Part shown: one piece after another, positions 26,396 to 39,778 of the stretch
Layout: every line of letters starts with the position of its first letter
Numbering within the stretch: position 1 is the stretch's first letter
DNA from: Psilocybe cubensis
Lineage: Eukaryota
Length of the DNA stretch: 64,000 nucleotides
Direction of reading: 5' to 3'
NCBI GenBank assembly: GCA_017499595.2
Contig: CM039004.1
Location: forward strand, 1,736,001 to 1,800,000
Notes under the pieces: generated by a model
Seen by the model: the letters and a program-made list of their open reading frames with translations, nothing else
Database searches by the model: none
Told to the model about the DNA's origin: nothing
Position numbers and translations under genes: made by a program

Positions 26396-27186
26396 ATGTT
26401 CGGAGTTCGCACCATCCCTAAGTTTCTCTCCAGTGTGATAAAAACACCAAGAGCAAGACCATCAGCCACTTTCTTCCCCTTTCTTATCGGAACCAATTAT
26501 TTGAGCAGCCCAGGAGCAAGTCCTAGAGCCATGTCTACTACAGTGAACAAGTCTGAGAGCGAATGGAGGGCAATCCTGTCCCCAGAACAGGTGTGCCTCA
26601 CTCTGTACTCCATGAACCGTGTATGCTCATCTGTTTCGGTCGGCGATTTCTAGTTCAGAATCTTGAGGCAGAAGGGTACTGAGCCAGCTGGAACGGGCGA
26701 ATATGATAAACATTCCGCAGCTGGAGTCTATTCGTGCGCGGGGTGTGGGACACCGTTGTACAAGAGCACCACAAAGTTCAATGTATGTTACTCTAAAGCA
26801 TCATATAAGTGACGTCCTAATGTCTAAAATCTACTCGGTAGAGCGGTTGCGGTTGGCCTGCCTTCTTCGATGGTAAGTATTAGCTCTCATAAGATTCCAT
26901 TGTGTATGGTGGCTGAGCTGTTTCCATTCCTCCATACAGCAATCCCAGGTGCCGTGAGCAGACATGAAGACAACTCCTGGGGTATGAAGCGTATTGAAAT
27001 CACCTGCACCGCTTGTGGTGGCCATCTGGGACACGTTTTCCAAGGCGAAGGATTCCCTACTCCAAGTATGCTATTGATCTCTATCCGATGACCAGATATG
27101 CTCTAGCAATGTGCTAACTGACATTCCTAGCTGATGAACGCCACTGTGTCAATTCAGTCTCACTCAAGTTTCATGATGAGAAGTAG
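26396..27186 (+). CDS. MSRB: methionine-R-sulfoxide reductase MsrB
   Basis: KSESEWRAILSPEQF.ILRQKGTE; SGCGWPAF; CGGHLGHVF.GEG; RHCVNS. Confidence 0.95.
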
Positions 27187-27551
27187 ACCTAATCCGAGCT
27201 TGCAACATGGTGTATATTATATGACTGGATATTTGTATTTGGCTAGATCGAATTTGTAGCTGAAATGGATGTGATTGTATTCCGAACAATTAAATCACGG
27301 ATCGTCTCCATCAGCAAAGTAGGTGAGTTGTCATTGAAGTTTTGAGATTGAGACTGAATAAACCATGTATTCAATGGGTGTAAAATCCAGAGGTATACAA
27401 AAACGAAGAAGGATGATGAATATATGAAAGTAAAAATGAATTGTATACTGGTGGATATATCTTTGGTTTCAGACATGCGCAAACTCCATTGGTTGGACAT
27501 GATAACCAGCAACGAAATGCAGAACATGCAAGTTGGCAAACAAGCCGTGAA

Positions 27552-28243
27552 TTACAGATCCTGCATAGTCTTCTCCAATTCTTCGAGGTCGGCGATTGAC
27601 TTTTTGTACTTCGCGTTGGCCTCCTATCAAACAAAGATTGTCAGGGGCTTGGTTTATAGCGGACAACGGATCTGACGGACCTCGTATTTCCTCTCCCACT
27701 CATCTCGCTCCTGTTCAACGCGCTGTACCTGCCTTTCAAAGTGTTCTGCCTTGACATCAACTTCTCGCAGTCTATAGAGGTTCGATACAAGGAGATCAGC
27801 AATCGATCATCCTCATAAGCCGTAGGCAGTGCACATACTTCACTGTGGTTTCATTGAGGTTTTTGTCCGCCGCAGTAAGTTCCTCCTCCAAAAGGGCAAC
27901 CTTACGAAGCAGTCCTTCAGATGCCATTTTGCTGGACTCGCCATCCAAAGATAAAGTCTTGAGTTCTTCGAGCTTCGTCTCGGCCTTTTCGATCTCTGCG
28001 TCTAAACGACTGATCTGGTGTTGCAGCGAAGTGATCTCCTGATCTTTTTCAAGTAACAATTGCTCAAGCTTCCTGTTCTTAGCCTCAGCCTCTTCAGCGC
28101 GTGCAACCGCGTTGTCGGCCTCCAGACGGAGGGAGTTCATTTTCTACATGACAGGTTATCAAGGGTGGTTAGATCACCAGTGTCGTGGGCGGTAACGGCC
28201 AGGATATGCACAAAGAGCTTACCTCACGAATTCTGTCAGTCAT
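27552..28243 (-). CDS. TPM: tropomyosin (~162 aa, 4 exons)
   Basis: MTDRIRE|KMNSLRLEADNA...K|LREVDVKAEHFERQVQRVEQERDEWERKYE|EANAKYKKSIADLEELEKTMQDL. Confidence 0.95.
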
Positions 28244-28686
28244 AGCGAATTATAAAGGCGGATTAAGAGATTTGATGATTGAGCTGCGGTATGTTGTATG
28301 TTGGGTCAAGTACAAAAGAGGGAGCGTTCGTTTGAGTAAGGGCAGGCGTGTTCGGAGATTAGATTATAGCACGTGCCGGTAGAGTAACACAGGCATTCTT
28401 CGTTTGTTCTTTAACTTTCATCTTCACAACCTACGCGCCTACGCCCTTGTATATTTAATTTTCTTTCGCCTCACGGAGAATATGCGGACGATCTACTATA
28501 TAGCACCCTCTACACGTCCTCGGATCGATTCTTCACCCAACTCGAGGCTATCTAAATTGCCAGCAAAATTCTGGACAAGGCCTGTCTTGATCAGGATACC
28601 TCTTCTCATAAACCAGTCCCCCTAAAGACTAATCATAGAAAACAGCGAATTAAGTGAGATTATCTGCGATTGTATCTACCAGCCAA

Positions 28687-29221
28687 TCAATTGATTCCTA
28701 GATGCTCGAGCTCTATGACCATCTCGTTATACTGCTTTTTTGCGCTCTGTGTCCCCTGCTTCAGCGGGCATAGCTTTCTGAAACTGGGGTGCATTTACCT
28801 GGTATCTTGACTCGAAGTCATCTGTCTCGGAACGCAGCCTTTCTATCCTTGCTTCTAAGGTCTCTGCCTTCTTCGAGGCACTTTCGAGCCTTCGTGCTAG
28901 CTGAAAACGTGGACGCGAGAGAGACGCGCTAGGAACCTACTTTGCCTTCCCTTCTCCCAATTTCTGCAGCGTTACGATCAGGTCCTTCGTTAGCTGCATA
29001 CGCTGTTTTGACAGCTCTAGTTGTTTCTGCAGGTCTTTTTCCATTTGTGTCTTCTCCTTCAAGATATGCTGCAACTTCTTTGCTGTCTCTTCGGCCGCTG
29101 CAGTACGTTTGGTAGCGTTGACAATAGCGGCACGACGAGCCTCTGTAAGCTGTAGAATGCTGGTGAGTAGAATCAAGGACGATGTTTGTGAACGGGTACA
29201 TGCCCCCTTAAGTCTGTCCAT
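28687..29221 (-). CDS. divergent ultra-short tropomyosin paralog (~125 aa, 4 exons)
   Basis: MDRLKG|LTEARRAAIVNATKRTAAAEETAKKLQHILKEK...K|LESASKKAETLEARIERLRSETDDFESRYQ|SAKKQYNEMVIELEHLGIN aligns to the adjacent tropomyosin with three equivalent intron positions. Confidence 0.75.
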
Positions 29222-29438
29222 TGAGGTTGCAAATACAAGAAAGTGATTCTACGAATATGGACAGGGGCCTCAGAATTTATGTAGGTAGATTAGATTAAGT
29301 CAGCGTGGGAATAGAGTGTGATGGGTGTGATCGATGGACTCGTACAACACATATTGCTTGTTATTTACCAATCCTCATTAATAAACTCGGCTTGTTCTCC
29401 AAAAAGCCACACATATTTCGTTTTATTTACATCCTCTC

Positions 29439-31533
29439 ATGGCGCCAGTGCCGCAGGAAGGTTCGTACATGGCCCTTGTAAACCACTCCATATCTCATTT
29501 GTACCAATAGAACTTCCCATTCTCGAGGCCTTGATCAAGTATGAGCGCCATATATCTCTGTTGAAGCCTCTAATAGCATTCTATTTCTTAATAGTATCAG
29601 GAATAGGCTTACCGCTTTGAAGAAAGATCGTGGCGAGTTCATCAAAGCTTCTGATGTCAACCAACTCCACCAGGCGGTGGTTAAGCAAAGTGCGTCTTCG
29701 ATAGTTTAATATTTATGTCTTCAGACAATTTATCGGTTAACCCTCATTCTCAGTTACGAAGCTTAACGACTTACGAGATGATACAACAGCATATAATAAC
29801 AGAGTGGACACAACCCTTGCCGATGTCTTCAGCTTACTCTCTCTGTTCTACCTCACAATCGGCAAAACCAGAGACGCGCCAGCGACGTATTGTCAGATTG
29901 CCTCCATGCGGGTCAGTGAATGCCCATTTCAGAAACCCATCCATCGTGTCCCTTGCACATATTTGCGTCGAGACACCGTGTCTCATGTCCTGGAAGGAAC
30001 GCCGGGTGGTCGATCTGTCTAGCAAATCTGCGCCTCTCTTCTTCATTTCGCTCGTGCTTATCATACTTTTTGGCCCTTACAGCAAATTTTAAATCACATG
30101 AATGAATCCGCCGTTTATAACGAAGCCGATCTCAAACCTTTTCAAAGGCGCTTAACAGACTTGCGTACCATCATCCAGCAAGATGGCGAAAACGCTAAGA
30201 ATCCAAAACCGTTGACCAAGCTCCTCGAGAGACAACTGAACGAATGCGGTTTGTCAATTTATCTCTTTTTTCATGTACATATCATTGAGATTTTTGTCTT
30301 AGATGCCATTGTACAACAATTACAAGACTCTCTATCAGTGTTATCGCCTGAGCTCGTCCCAGTACATCAGAAACTCGTTACAATTCGACGGCAGCTTGTT
30401 GCTCTTGCTGCAAAGGAAGGTTCTCAGAAAGCTGAATTGAAACCTATTATCGAGGAGCTTCGTAGAATCGATTCGTTGAGTACCTCTCTCCTACATTATG
30501 TCTGTTACTATAGTTCCTTCCTTTTCATTGAATCATTTCGATTGGTTTTGCTTACTGAAATTCTGTTTTACTCGTATGACTAGAACACGAGTTGACGGCA
30601 AATTCTTGGGTCCCGGGGGCATCGTACCATCTTCACAAGCGATTTGCTCGTCTCTCCTGGAGGAATGTTTTGAGATTATTCAAGAGATCAAAGCTCACGA
30701 AGACTCGAAGAATGTGGCTTCGTCTCTCAAGCCCATATATGACCGACTCAGCGAAATCCGAGCAGAACTCGAAAGCCTGACAATGACCCACCGATGGAGT
30801 TTGCGAGAGACCGACCTCTGGAATTACTCACTCAGTCTGCAAGAAATTGATAAAATGAGAGTTGACGGTAAATTCGTGGATGCAGATGGGAATCGACCTC
30901 CAGGGCAATACGTAAGCCTGACAGCCACATAATCGACGCCTGTTTGCTTAGTTTCCCAACAGGTTCTTCTCTATCTTCTGCGACGATGTTATGGTCTGAT
31001 ATACCGTCTGCTCTCTTCGAGCGAACCTGTTTCGGAAGAGCTTATGCCTATTGTAAGCGAAGCATGTTGTCCAATCAATTTACTAAGAAACCTGTAGGCA
31101 AATAAATTGACCACTGTGAAGAAATGTTTGAACGAGGTTTTGAAATACGGCGGGCCGTTCAACCCTCGCGATTTATATCCTGTATGTTGCTCTTCATATG
31201 GGAAACGTTTTTGTTTGCTAACCAATGTGTAGTATCAATTAGCCTTATTTCAAATCGACTCGATGCGGAAGGATGGGCGTTTCGTTGGAATGGATGGGTC
31301 CATCCCAGAGGGACAAGGTATCATAAATGCAAATCTGAGCGAATGTCATGAGCTTGTTGAGATGGTAAGCAAGTCCTTATTTTTCTACAAATATTTCTCA
31401 ACGCGATCTTTTGATCGACAAATAGCTCAAGGAATCTATGGATGAAGGTGAAACGGAGGAAGATGAAGATGATTATGATTATGATTATTCTGATTCTGGA
31501 TCCGATCTCGAAGGCGAGGAAAGACAGCAATAA
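29439..31533 (+). CDS. DUF2408 (UPF0662, yeast YPL260W/Cub1-like) protein
   Basis: ELPILEALI.IRNRLTALKKDR; NRVDTTLADVF.LLSLFYLTIGK; THRWSLRETDLWNY; LLRRCYGLIYRLLSSSEPVSEEL. Confidence 0.85.
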
Positions 31534-31936
31534 TTCGACCCGTTAACTTTTGATTTTCTTTGGTTATTGAAATCCATACAGCCAAGGACGCTTTTTTCGA
31601 TACTTATGACATGATATATTTTCGCCGTGCCTATCAGAGCCTTAATCAAGTTCGATATCTTTCTCCTCTTCATTCTATTTTCATCGTATTTTTTATCAGG
31701 GAACCAGACTAAAATGTAGTATGTACAAATAGAGAGATTTGCAGAAATTGTATACAATCCATGCGTTTTAAATATATCTGCCTGTCTCAATCGGCAACAT
31801 AGAATGCATATGTTAGGAACATTTGAAGATTTGCTTTAATAATTCAGCGTCGCTAACTGTACGGGATATAAAATCATGACACATAAGTTACAATCATCCA
31901 ATTCAAAGATGAAGAATCTAGTTGTGGGTATTATAA

Positions 31937-34900
31937 TTAGGAATATGAATGCTGTGACTTTGTAGGCGGTTGCTGGGCTAGGGCAGCGGCATGAGGGAAA
32001 TGACTTGTTAACAAATTGACAACGTCTCGTTTAGTTACCAGTCCTGTTAGTTTTCCCGCATGCGTAAATAGGATTTGGCGAAGGTTCTAATGAACGACGG
32101 TCAACACTTTTTTTAAAAAATGACAACGTCCATTGACACATACAAGCTTCTGGAACATATTCACCACCAGCTCCTGGGGAACCTCTTTTCGAAGCTGTAT
32201 AACAGAATCTTCAAGCGCTTCTGATAAATCTGCTCTTTCTTCGGCGGGAACGCGCAGACGATTTTTTGAAAACGTGCACTTCTTCTGCCTTTCAGCTTCT
32301 GTTTCGTCAAGCTGAAGGCGATCTGAAGAATAACACTCGATTCAATGTGATGGTTTATACAGATGAAGCGACGACGAACCGAGAGCACCAATCAACTCCT
32401 GCCTTGTGGCGTAACCCACAAATCCTCCATGACTATCTGCGATAGGGAATCCGTGATAATGATATCGGGCTAGAATTTCTTTCAACTCGCCAACAGTCGT
32501 GACGGCATCCTCAATGACGATAATTTCTTCTAGTGGTTTCATGAGGCTGGCGCCTGTTTCTCCTTTATCGCGATAATCAACTGGAGGTAGCCATGGGTAA
32601 CGACGCATTGCAATCCATGCGGAATATATGCCGTCCTTGCCTAAAGCATCCCCCACCCATTTGGATGTCATGACGCAGATCATTATAGGAAGGACGTGAG
32701 ATAATGCGCCTGTCAACTAAACGGGCGTTAAGCACAGTAGGAACAAACTGGCTTCAAGTCGTACCTCAAACAAGATGACTACCAGAGATACTGCATAATT
32801 TTCAAATAAGGGGACAATTTCCACATCCATGTAGAGCTTACTTACTTGTCATTCTAGTCACCCCACCAAGCATTGCTGAGGCACCAATGACGGCATAGAA
32901 TCCAGGAGAGATACATCCCACTGAAGGGTCCGGAGGACAGGACAAAAAAATCCAAGCTGTTGGGTATGCCCGATACAGACTTTGCCTATTAAAATATCAA
33001 GTTTCAATATCATCTCCGTAGTATATATCATACCCACATAATCAGTCCCATTGCACGACCTAAACATGCACCTATTCCGATGGTAGGTAAAAAGATTCCA
33101 GCTGGTATCTAGTGATACTTTGGTAAGAGTCCTTGTGATCTTGTGAGAAATGAGTGGCAAATCACCATCATGCCAAAAGTCCAAGCGGTCAGAACAACTT
33201 TGAGAATGGCGGTTAAGCACAACAGAAATATGTTCTCGACGGTGGCAGTAGGACTAATTAGACGATAAGTCACCAATTTCCTAAGTTAAACATTTTTGCC
33301 ACATACTTGCATAGTCCATGATAGTCTTTACTAGCATCGCACTCTTGGAAAAGATTTGCAACTAACTCGGATGTTTGAACCCTATCCGTGGCAATGCATG
33401 AGTGATGAGTGGCCATTTGATACCAAGCATACCCACCTGGCAAAAACAATCTGAATAAATAACGTCAACAGTAATTCATTACCCAAAAATCAATAACCAT
33501 ACCAGGTAGCTGACAGCAGCAGTTACAGACGTAGCACACACAACTTCTAATACAGGCCAGTCGTTCAGGACACTATTCCGTCGATACAATGCAATTTCAA
33601 CATTGAGACGTATAAGAAGAGTGCCTAGAATACCCTGATAGATATGGGTAAGAAGGGTATGTGGTTGAAAACAGAAGAAAAAAAACTCGCCCCAATCACA
33701 CCAAGAGTGACCCAAGGAATCTTGCAAAGAATAAGCTGTAGAATCGAATACAAAAAGATCCCTCAAACTAACCAATTCAAAAGCCCTCCAGCTGTCAGAC
33801 ACAAATGTGACCTGGAAATCATCAGTAAAAAATATTAGAGTATGTCTCTTGAAAGGTACCTGAAAAAGGACAAGCTTTGATGTACCAAAGGGGTTTACCC
33901 ATTGTAAAGAAACGGCGGCGATGGCTGACGCAACAAATCCTCTCCACATGACATCTGACTCGTTTGCGAATGTGTCGAGTTCTATTTATGTGAGAAATTT
34001 ATCAGCAGGCCAGCGGAAACAACGGGATAGCCACAGACCTTCTAAACCAAATAGCACACCACCCAGAGGGCTACCAAAAGCAACGGATACACCGGCTGCT
34101 GCTGCTGCTGCTAGTACGCGGCGTTTTTGGGCTAAAAATGGAAGCCGTGTCTTCAATTAAAGGGTAGAAGGTAAACAGAAACGTAAGGAGTAACCTTCGT
34201 TGTGGCGAAATTCCTTGAACAATTTAATCAAGACGTATGCCATGCAACAAGCAACGTGCACCAACGGTCCCTATATATATTCAATAAAGTGTTGAGTGTG
34301 AATCTGGAGGCCTACCTCTTTTCCTAGAGAAAGACCAGACGCGACAGAAAGGGCAAGCCCAAGTGCCTTGATGAAGAGTGTCCAAGGACTCAGAAAAGCA
34401 TCGAATACGTATCCGCCCAAAATCTTGAAAATGTTTAAGACTAAAACACAAGATACATCATATGTATACTTACAGCTTTAATTTCTGGAACTAGATGTTT
34501 AAGCATCGGTCAAAACTTCTGAAATAGATCAAATTATAGACAAAACGAACTTCCGGTATGAAAAGCGCTGATCGGTTAAGTTGAGAATACTCACTTTTAA
34601 TCAAAAAACAGGACTTACTGAGGCGCATAATTGACTACAAGTAAAGCTGCACCGCCTGCGAATGTAATCTAAAGGCAATTTAATAAGTTTTGGATCTTAA
34701 GGTAGATGACAGTGTTCAACTCACTGCTAAAACGACGTATATAAACGCCTGTATTAGAGAACGTCCAAGGATTGAATCTATTCCAAGATAATCCCCCCAT
34801 GTCTTCCAAGCTTTGCATAGCTCCCCGGCTAGAAGGATAGTTAAGCGCAGATACAGTCGGTGTGAAATGTAGAGTTTGCATACGGTCAAGACCAGTACAG

Positions 34901-35326
34901 CAAGCATTGGCATTAAAAAAGAAGCCATAAATACAATGTCCTTCACGCAGATCGCTCAGCCTACGAAGAGGCGGAGGTCAGAAGACATGCAAGTATGAGA
35001 CCTGGTTATTACCGGACTCACCATTTAACAAGGACATCAAGCCAAGCTCCTGCAATACCGATCCCTATTCCAGTCACGACAACAATAAACCACATTCGTG
35101 CAGAGTCTAGAGCTGGTAGAAGGATGCCACGGACACCAGCCTGAGACTGTAGAGCATGATTGCGTTCTCGTTCCAAGCCTTCTTCATGAAGCCAGTCAAT
35201 AGTATTGCCATCCTGATATTTGGCTGTTTTGCGGTAGGGTATAGGTATTCGACCATCCTCAGTCAGTTCATATTGATCTTCTTCATAAACAACATCCTCT
35301 CGTGTGTGTCGATATCCAGATGGCAT
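31937..35326 (-). CDS. CLC family chloride channel/antiporter with CBS domains
   Basis: [41 protein letters not shown]-terminal CBS-like segments; many introns. Confidence 0.92.
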
Positions 35327-35603
35327 TTTAGCAAGACATGTATAGAAGCTTGGAAGGTAGAGTCAAGAGCAGCATTGCGACCACTGCAGTTCTTTATTCA
35401 ATTGCAAGTACACGTGAAGCTTTGATCGGGTTGATGCTGGAACTCTGACCCTTCTCTTCAACATCAACAATCTCTTTGATGCCTCTTCGATGATCTCAAG
35501 CATTGAGCTAACGTCAAACGACTCTTTGAATCTATTACATGTCCGCTAAGCCGTTGACATACTTTTAACGACACTCTGCAACCATCATTCTTCACTCTTC
35601 AAC

Positions 35604-36434
35604 ATGGCTCAGCCGAAACCTTCACTACCAACGTCTCCTCAAATTGACACTAATTCTATGACTGGAACTTTACTCAGACCTCTAAACGAATTGCAGACAT
35701 TAGCGAACACCTTATTCCAATCTTTGTCTCCACCCCAATCTAAACCCCCGCCTCCGCCGCCCTTGAAGGCTTTCTTGGAATGCGACAAAGCGATGGCTGC
35801 TGCAATCAATCTCGCCTATGTCCATCAAATCAAGCAACGAAGGATCGACATGTTGGAGGCTGAGATATTGGACTTAGAGAGCCAGTGGCGCGATATATGC
35901 GCAGAACTTGCTTCTGGAAAGGCGGATCTTGAGGAATTGATAGAGGAAGGCGATGAGCGCATCAAAGCTATAGACGAAGCTAAGAAAGGTGCGCATTCCA
36001 TCTGACTACAAGCAATAGAAACCAATGGGGCTCTTTCAGCGTCGATTCCATATCCTGAGTTGCTCGCATATGCTCAAAGTCTTAGCGCTTTTACATCCGC
36101 CCCTCCCAATATGCCTGACCTTTCACTGCCTGGCCAACCCCCACCACCTCTGTTCTTCCCTCCATTCCCAAATGAAGAGAAAATGCGTCGGGGTCGCTTA
36201 AATGCAGAGGCACCGCTTGGCCTGCTAGGAGAAACCCATTCTGTGGGACGACGTAAGGGTTTTATTTGTATTTCAGATCCCTCTTGTAATATTTTGAACG
36301 CAGCTCCAACCGTCTCCCCACCTAAGGCAGAAGGAACGCACAATATTGCTGGGGCTAATCCTTATCGTCACGAACTTCGCGCACCTCAACCACAATTCTT
36401 CGACCTCGACCTTGATCTAAACCCAGACCTTTAA
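35604..36434 (+). CDS. MED4: Mediator subunit 4
   Basis: Coiled coil followed by IPYPELLAYAQSLSAFT...PFPNEEKMRRG. Confidence 0.85.
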
Positions 36435-36612
36435 CCCAGACCTGTGTAGGAGCCCGCACTGAAAGGAAACCTTATTAGGTGGTACCACGACCTAGTACAA
36501 ATATCCACAATATCCTAACTAACCATGACGCCATCAACTTGACGCTACGAGACAAATGATTGCGGAGCTAAACGCACAGAAGGGATCCGCAGTCGTAGAA
36601 CCACTTCAATTT

Positions 36613-37317
36613 TCAAGGACTCTTTTCTGCAGTGTCAATGCCCTTCAACCTTCGTATCCGTGCGGCAATTCCACCTCCAAATTTGAGCACATCCTCTGTG
36701 ATGGCTTGATTTGGTTTTGGTTTGGCTTTCAGCTTCACGTATTGATCTCCATATTGATTCAGTTGGCGTCTAAACCCATCATTGGGGGATACAATCCCAC
36801 GCAAAGATTGAACATGGGTAATGGAGGATTCTGCAGTCATGCTCGTCGTGGCTACGAGGTATGCGCAGACTACTGTAGCGCTTCGGCTGATCCCTTGGAA
36901 GCAATGCACCTTTAAATGATCCAATGGTACATAAGATTTATTCATTTCAACACAATTAATCTAGGTTCTCACCAAGACTTTATTCATCTCATTTTCCTCC
37001 AAAGCCCGTTTGATGAAGTTTGTAGTTGCATCAAGATATTGTAAGATATCTGACTGCGAACTGTCTGCAATGGGTATGTGCATACGTTTCCCCTCCTCGA
37101 TAAAGTCGGGGAGGGCTGGTTTGTATTCCATGACCGTGATGATATGCGTGATACCCAACTCTCTGATCTTTTCTTCATCTGTTGCCGTATAGAGATCCGA
37201 GAGATACAGTCGGCCAGGTATGATAGGACTGGCAACGCGTCCGTATTTCAAGTTCTTCCCCAAGGCGGAGGTGGAACCAAGAGCTTTCTGCCAATTTGCG
37301 GCAGGGAATGACAACAT
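36613..37317 (-). CDS. dual-specificity protein phosphatase
   Basis: KVL|VHCFQGISRSATVVCAYL; PNDGFRRQL. Confidence 0.92.
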
Positions 37318-38289
37318 TATAATTTATGGATCGAAGTCTTGAGGGTAGGCTGTTGAGATTGTGCGCTGCAAGGGTTGTGCTGCATGGTAGTTAACCCCGA
37401 TACTTATACCTGTGCTGGCAGTTGTTTAATTGATGCACAGTCTATTGATACTCGGGAAGATGCGCCTTCGGCCGCATGACACCGGCTTGGCCCAAATTAC
37501 TCTGAGTCTATATGACTCTACGGTTTTAAATAATGGTTAAAACCTCCACACCCCTTGTTTATATATCTATTTCATCTCTAGTTACTATGGGTGATCAGTT
37601 GTTCGGATTGGACACTGATTCGGATTTCAAGATCCTGTGCTCCGTTCCTCATGAAAATTGGTACATACATTCTAATGTATACTATCTGCAAGAAAATAAA
37701 AAAAATTCACAGAAAACAAATAGGAAATGGGTAGTACGAATGAATGTCCAAACCGACTTCCCATCACCTCCCATCATTGCCATAAGTCTGAGTTCACAAG
37801 CAGCATCGAGTTTCTATATGAGCGATCGTATGGTCGTCACGACTCGGAGTTATAATTTTTGCTGTTGACCAATGGTAAGCGACCATGAATCCGAATGAAT
37901 GTCTAATCCGAACAACTGATCACCCATAGTATATAAAATTCCATCGTATTAACACGGTTTTTATGTTCTTACTTGATCTCCGTGAGTCAAGCACTGATCT
38001 TAACCCACATTTGTATATTGAAGACAAACTGTAGTCAAAGGAATGGCCGTTTACGCGGCCCCTACAGGCACACAACCACTCCTTCCAGCGTTCAGAATTT
38101 TATTGGTTCAAAAATTGTTCCTTCATGAACTTCTTCATTCCATCGTTCACTTTCATCTCAGGCGACGTGACTGCCAGTGAAACGTGAGAATTTGGCTCGG
38201 AAGTACCCGCCCTTGCCATTTATTCAACCTACCCCATAAAACGAGCACAGCTGTCGTTCAAAGTACATGCGTCGATTTTGTGACGCTAG

Positions 38290-39771
38290 GTGTCTACAAT
38301 CGAACTGGATGCTTTGGGCCGAGCGGGCCATTCAAGCAATGGTTCTCTCACTGATTGTGTAAGTACCCACTGGATTACTGTCATTGTAACTGGTAACAAT
38401 GGCCGTGGATGGAGATACAGATTTGGCTGGTATTTGGCTACATTCCAAGTCGGAGGTATATCCAATAGCTAGTTGACTCAAGAAACATGTTATTCAAGAA
38501 TCATTTTTGCTTTTCTCAACAGATTGGCTTATACATCGCAAAGATTCGTATTTATTCGGATGTGAGGTCATACTCGTATTCAAAGGAGTCTCCTTAATCG
38601 TTTCTGCCATCCGTAATAGGCTTTTACCTCATTTGCGTCAATGCTCTCATCCCTGGCATCGGTGCACTGTATCTTTATTTGTGCTCGGGACGTCAAACAT
38701 ACGATGTCGCAAAGTACGATCTCCCGGACAAAACAACACTAACAGAGCCATACCCTTGTGTAAATATGGATGGAGATCTTGCTGTATGCAATAAAGACAA
38801 CTGCGGAGGCAAATGGAAACCTCCACGAGCTCACCATTGCACGACTTGTGGTGTTTGTCGCCTTGAGTTTGACCATCACTGTCCTTGGGTATGCGTTGGT
38901 TCTTTCGGGTCGAGCAAGGTTTAACTTTTGACTATAGGTTGGAAATTGTGTTACCTTATCAAGAATGAAAGCTTTTATGCTTCTACTGTACTTGGTTCCA
39001 TTGGCTTTTCTTGTTGGCGTTCTCCCCATTGCCAAGATCCTTATTGGCCATATCAGAATGGCATTGGTAATGTCGAAAGAAGACGAATGGGCATCTTACA
39101 TGTGGTGGAACTGGTGGGGTTCATGGCTCTTCTGTGCGGGCCCATTTGGACGATGGATAATTGGCACAATCCTTGGCTATATGGTGATAAAGGGCAAGCG
39201 CCAACAGCCACTACCTGGTTATCCTGGTCAACTTATTGAAGAGCCACATTTGAGGGTACTTATGACAGCGTTCTTTGCAGCGCTTTTATCCATATTTGCT
39301 GTTGTGAGCATATTAATCACGGCTTGCCTCGACTCCCTCTTATGTTCACCATTTCAATATGCACAGGGTCTAGCGATCATGTCGATGTATAAGATTCTCT
39401 GCGGGTTAACTTTCTTAGAGAGTTTGAGACCTCCTTCTCCAGATCGTTTGGATAGTTCAAATCCTTACCTTGTTTGCCTACCACGAACAGCACCAGAAGA
39501 GAGCATTGTAGGTCATGTCTTACCGAATGAAAGAATGTATGATATGGGTGTCCTGAGCAACTTGAAAATACACAACGCGAGACCATTAATATCCTCACTG
39601 CCTCCCAGGTTCGTCCAAACGATATATCCCTTTGCGTTACACCATCTCTCAAATATATTGTTTTGTAGATTTTACACATGGCCAAAGCTTAATCCTTCCT
39701 TGGTCAAAAGACTTCGACTGCTAAACGCACAGGAAACGTCAAGCCTCTCATCACCTCATCGTCCTATTTGA
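38290..39771 (+). CDS. DHHC palmitoyltransferase (start codon uncertain)
   Basis: [31 protein letters not shown] segments; YDMG..SNL. Confidence 0.88.
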
Positions 39772-39778
39772 CAACCAT

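Noticed and set aside
31227-31240. GTGTAGTATC, matching the U2 snRNA branch-pairing sequence
   Set aside because: It is an intron acceptor/exon junction of the DUF2408 gene; the rest of U2 is absent
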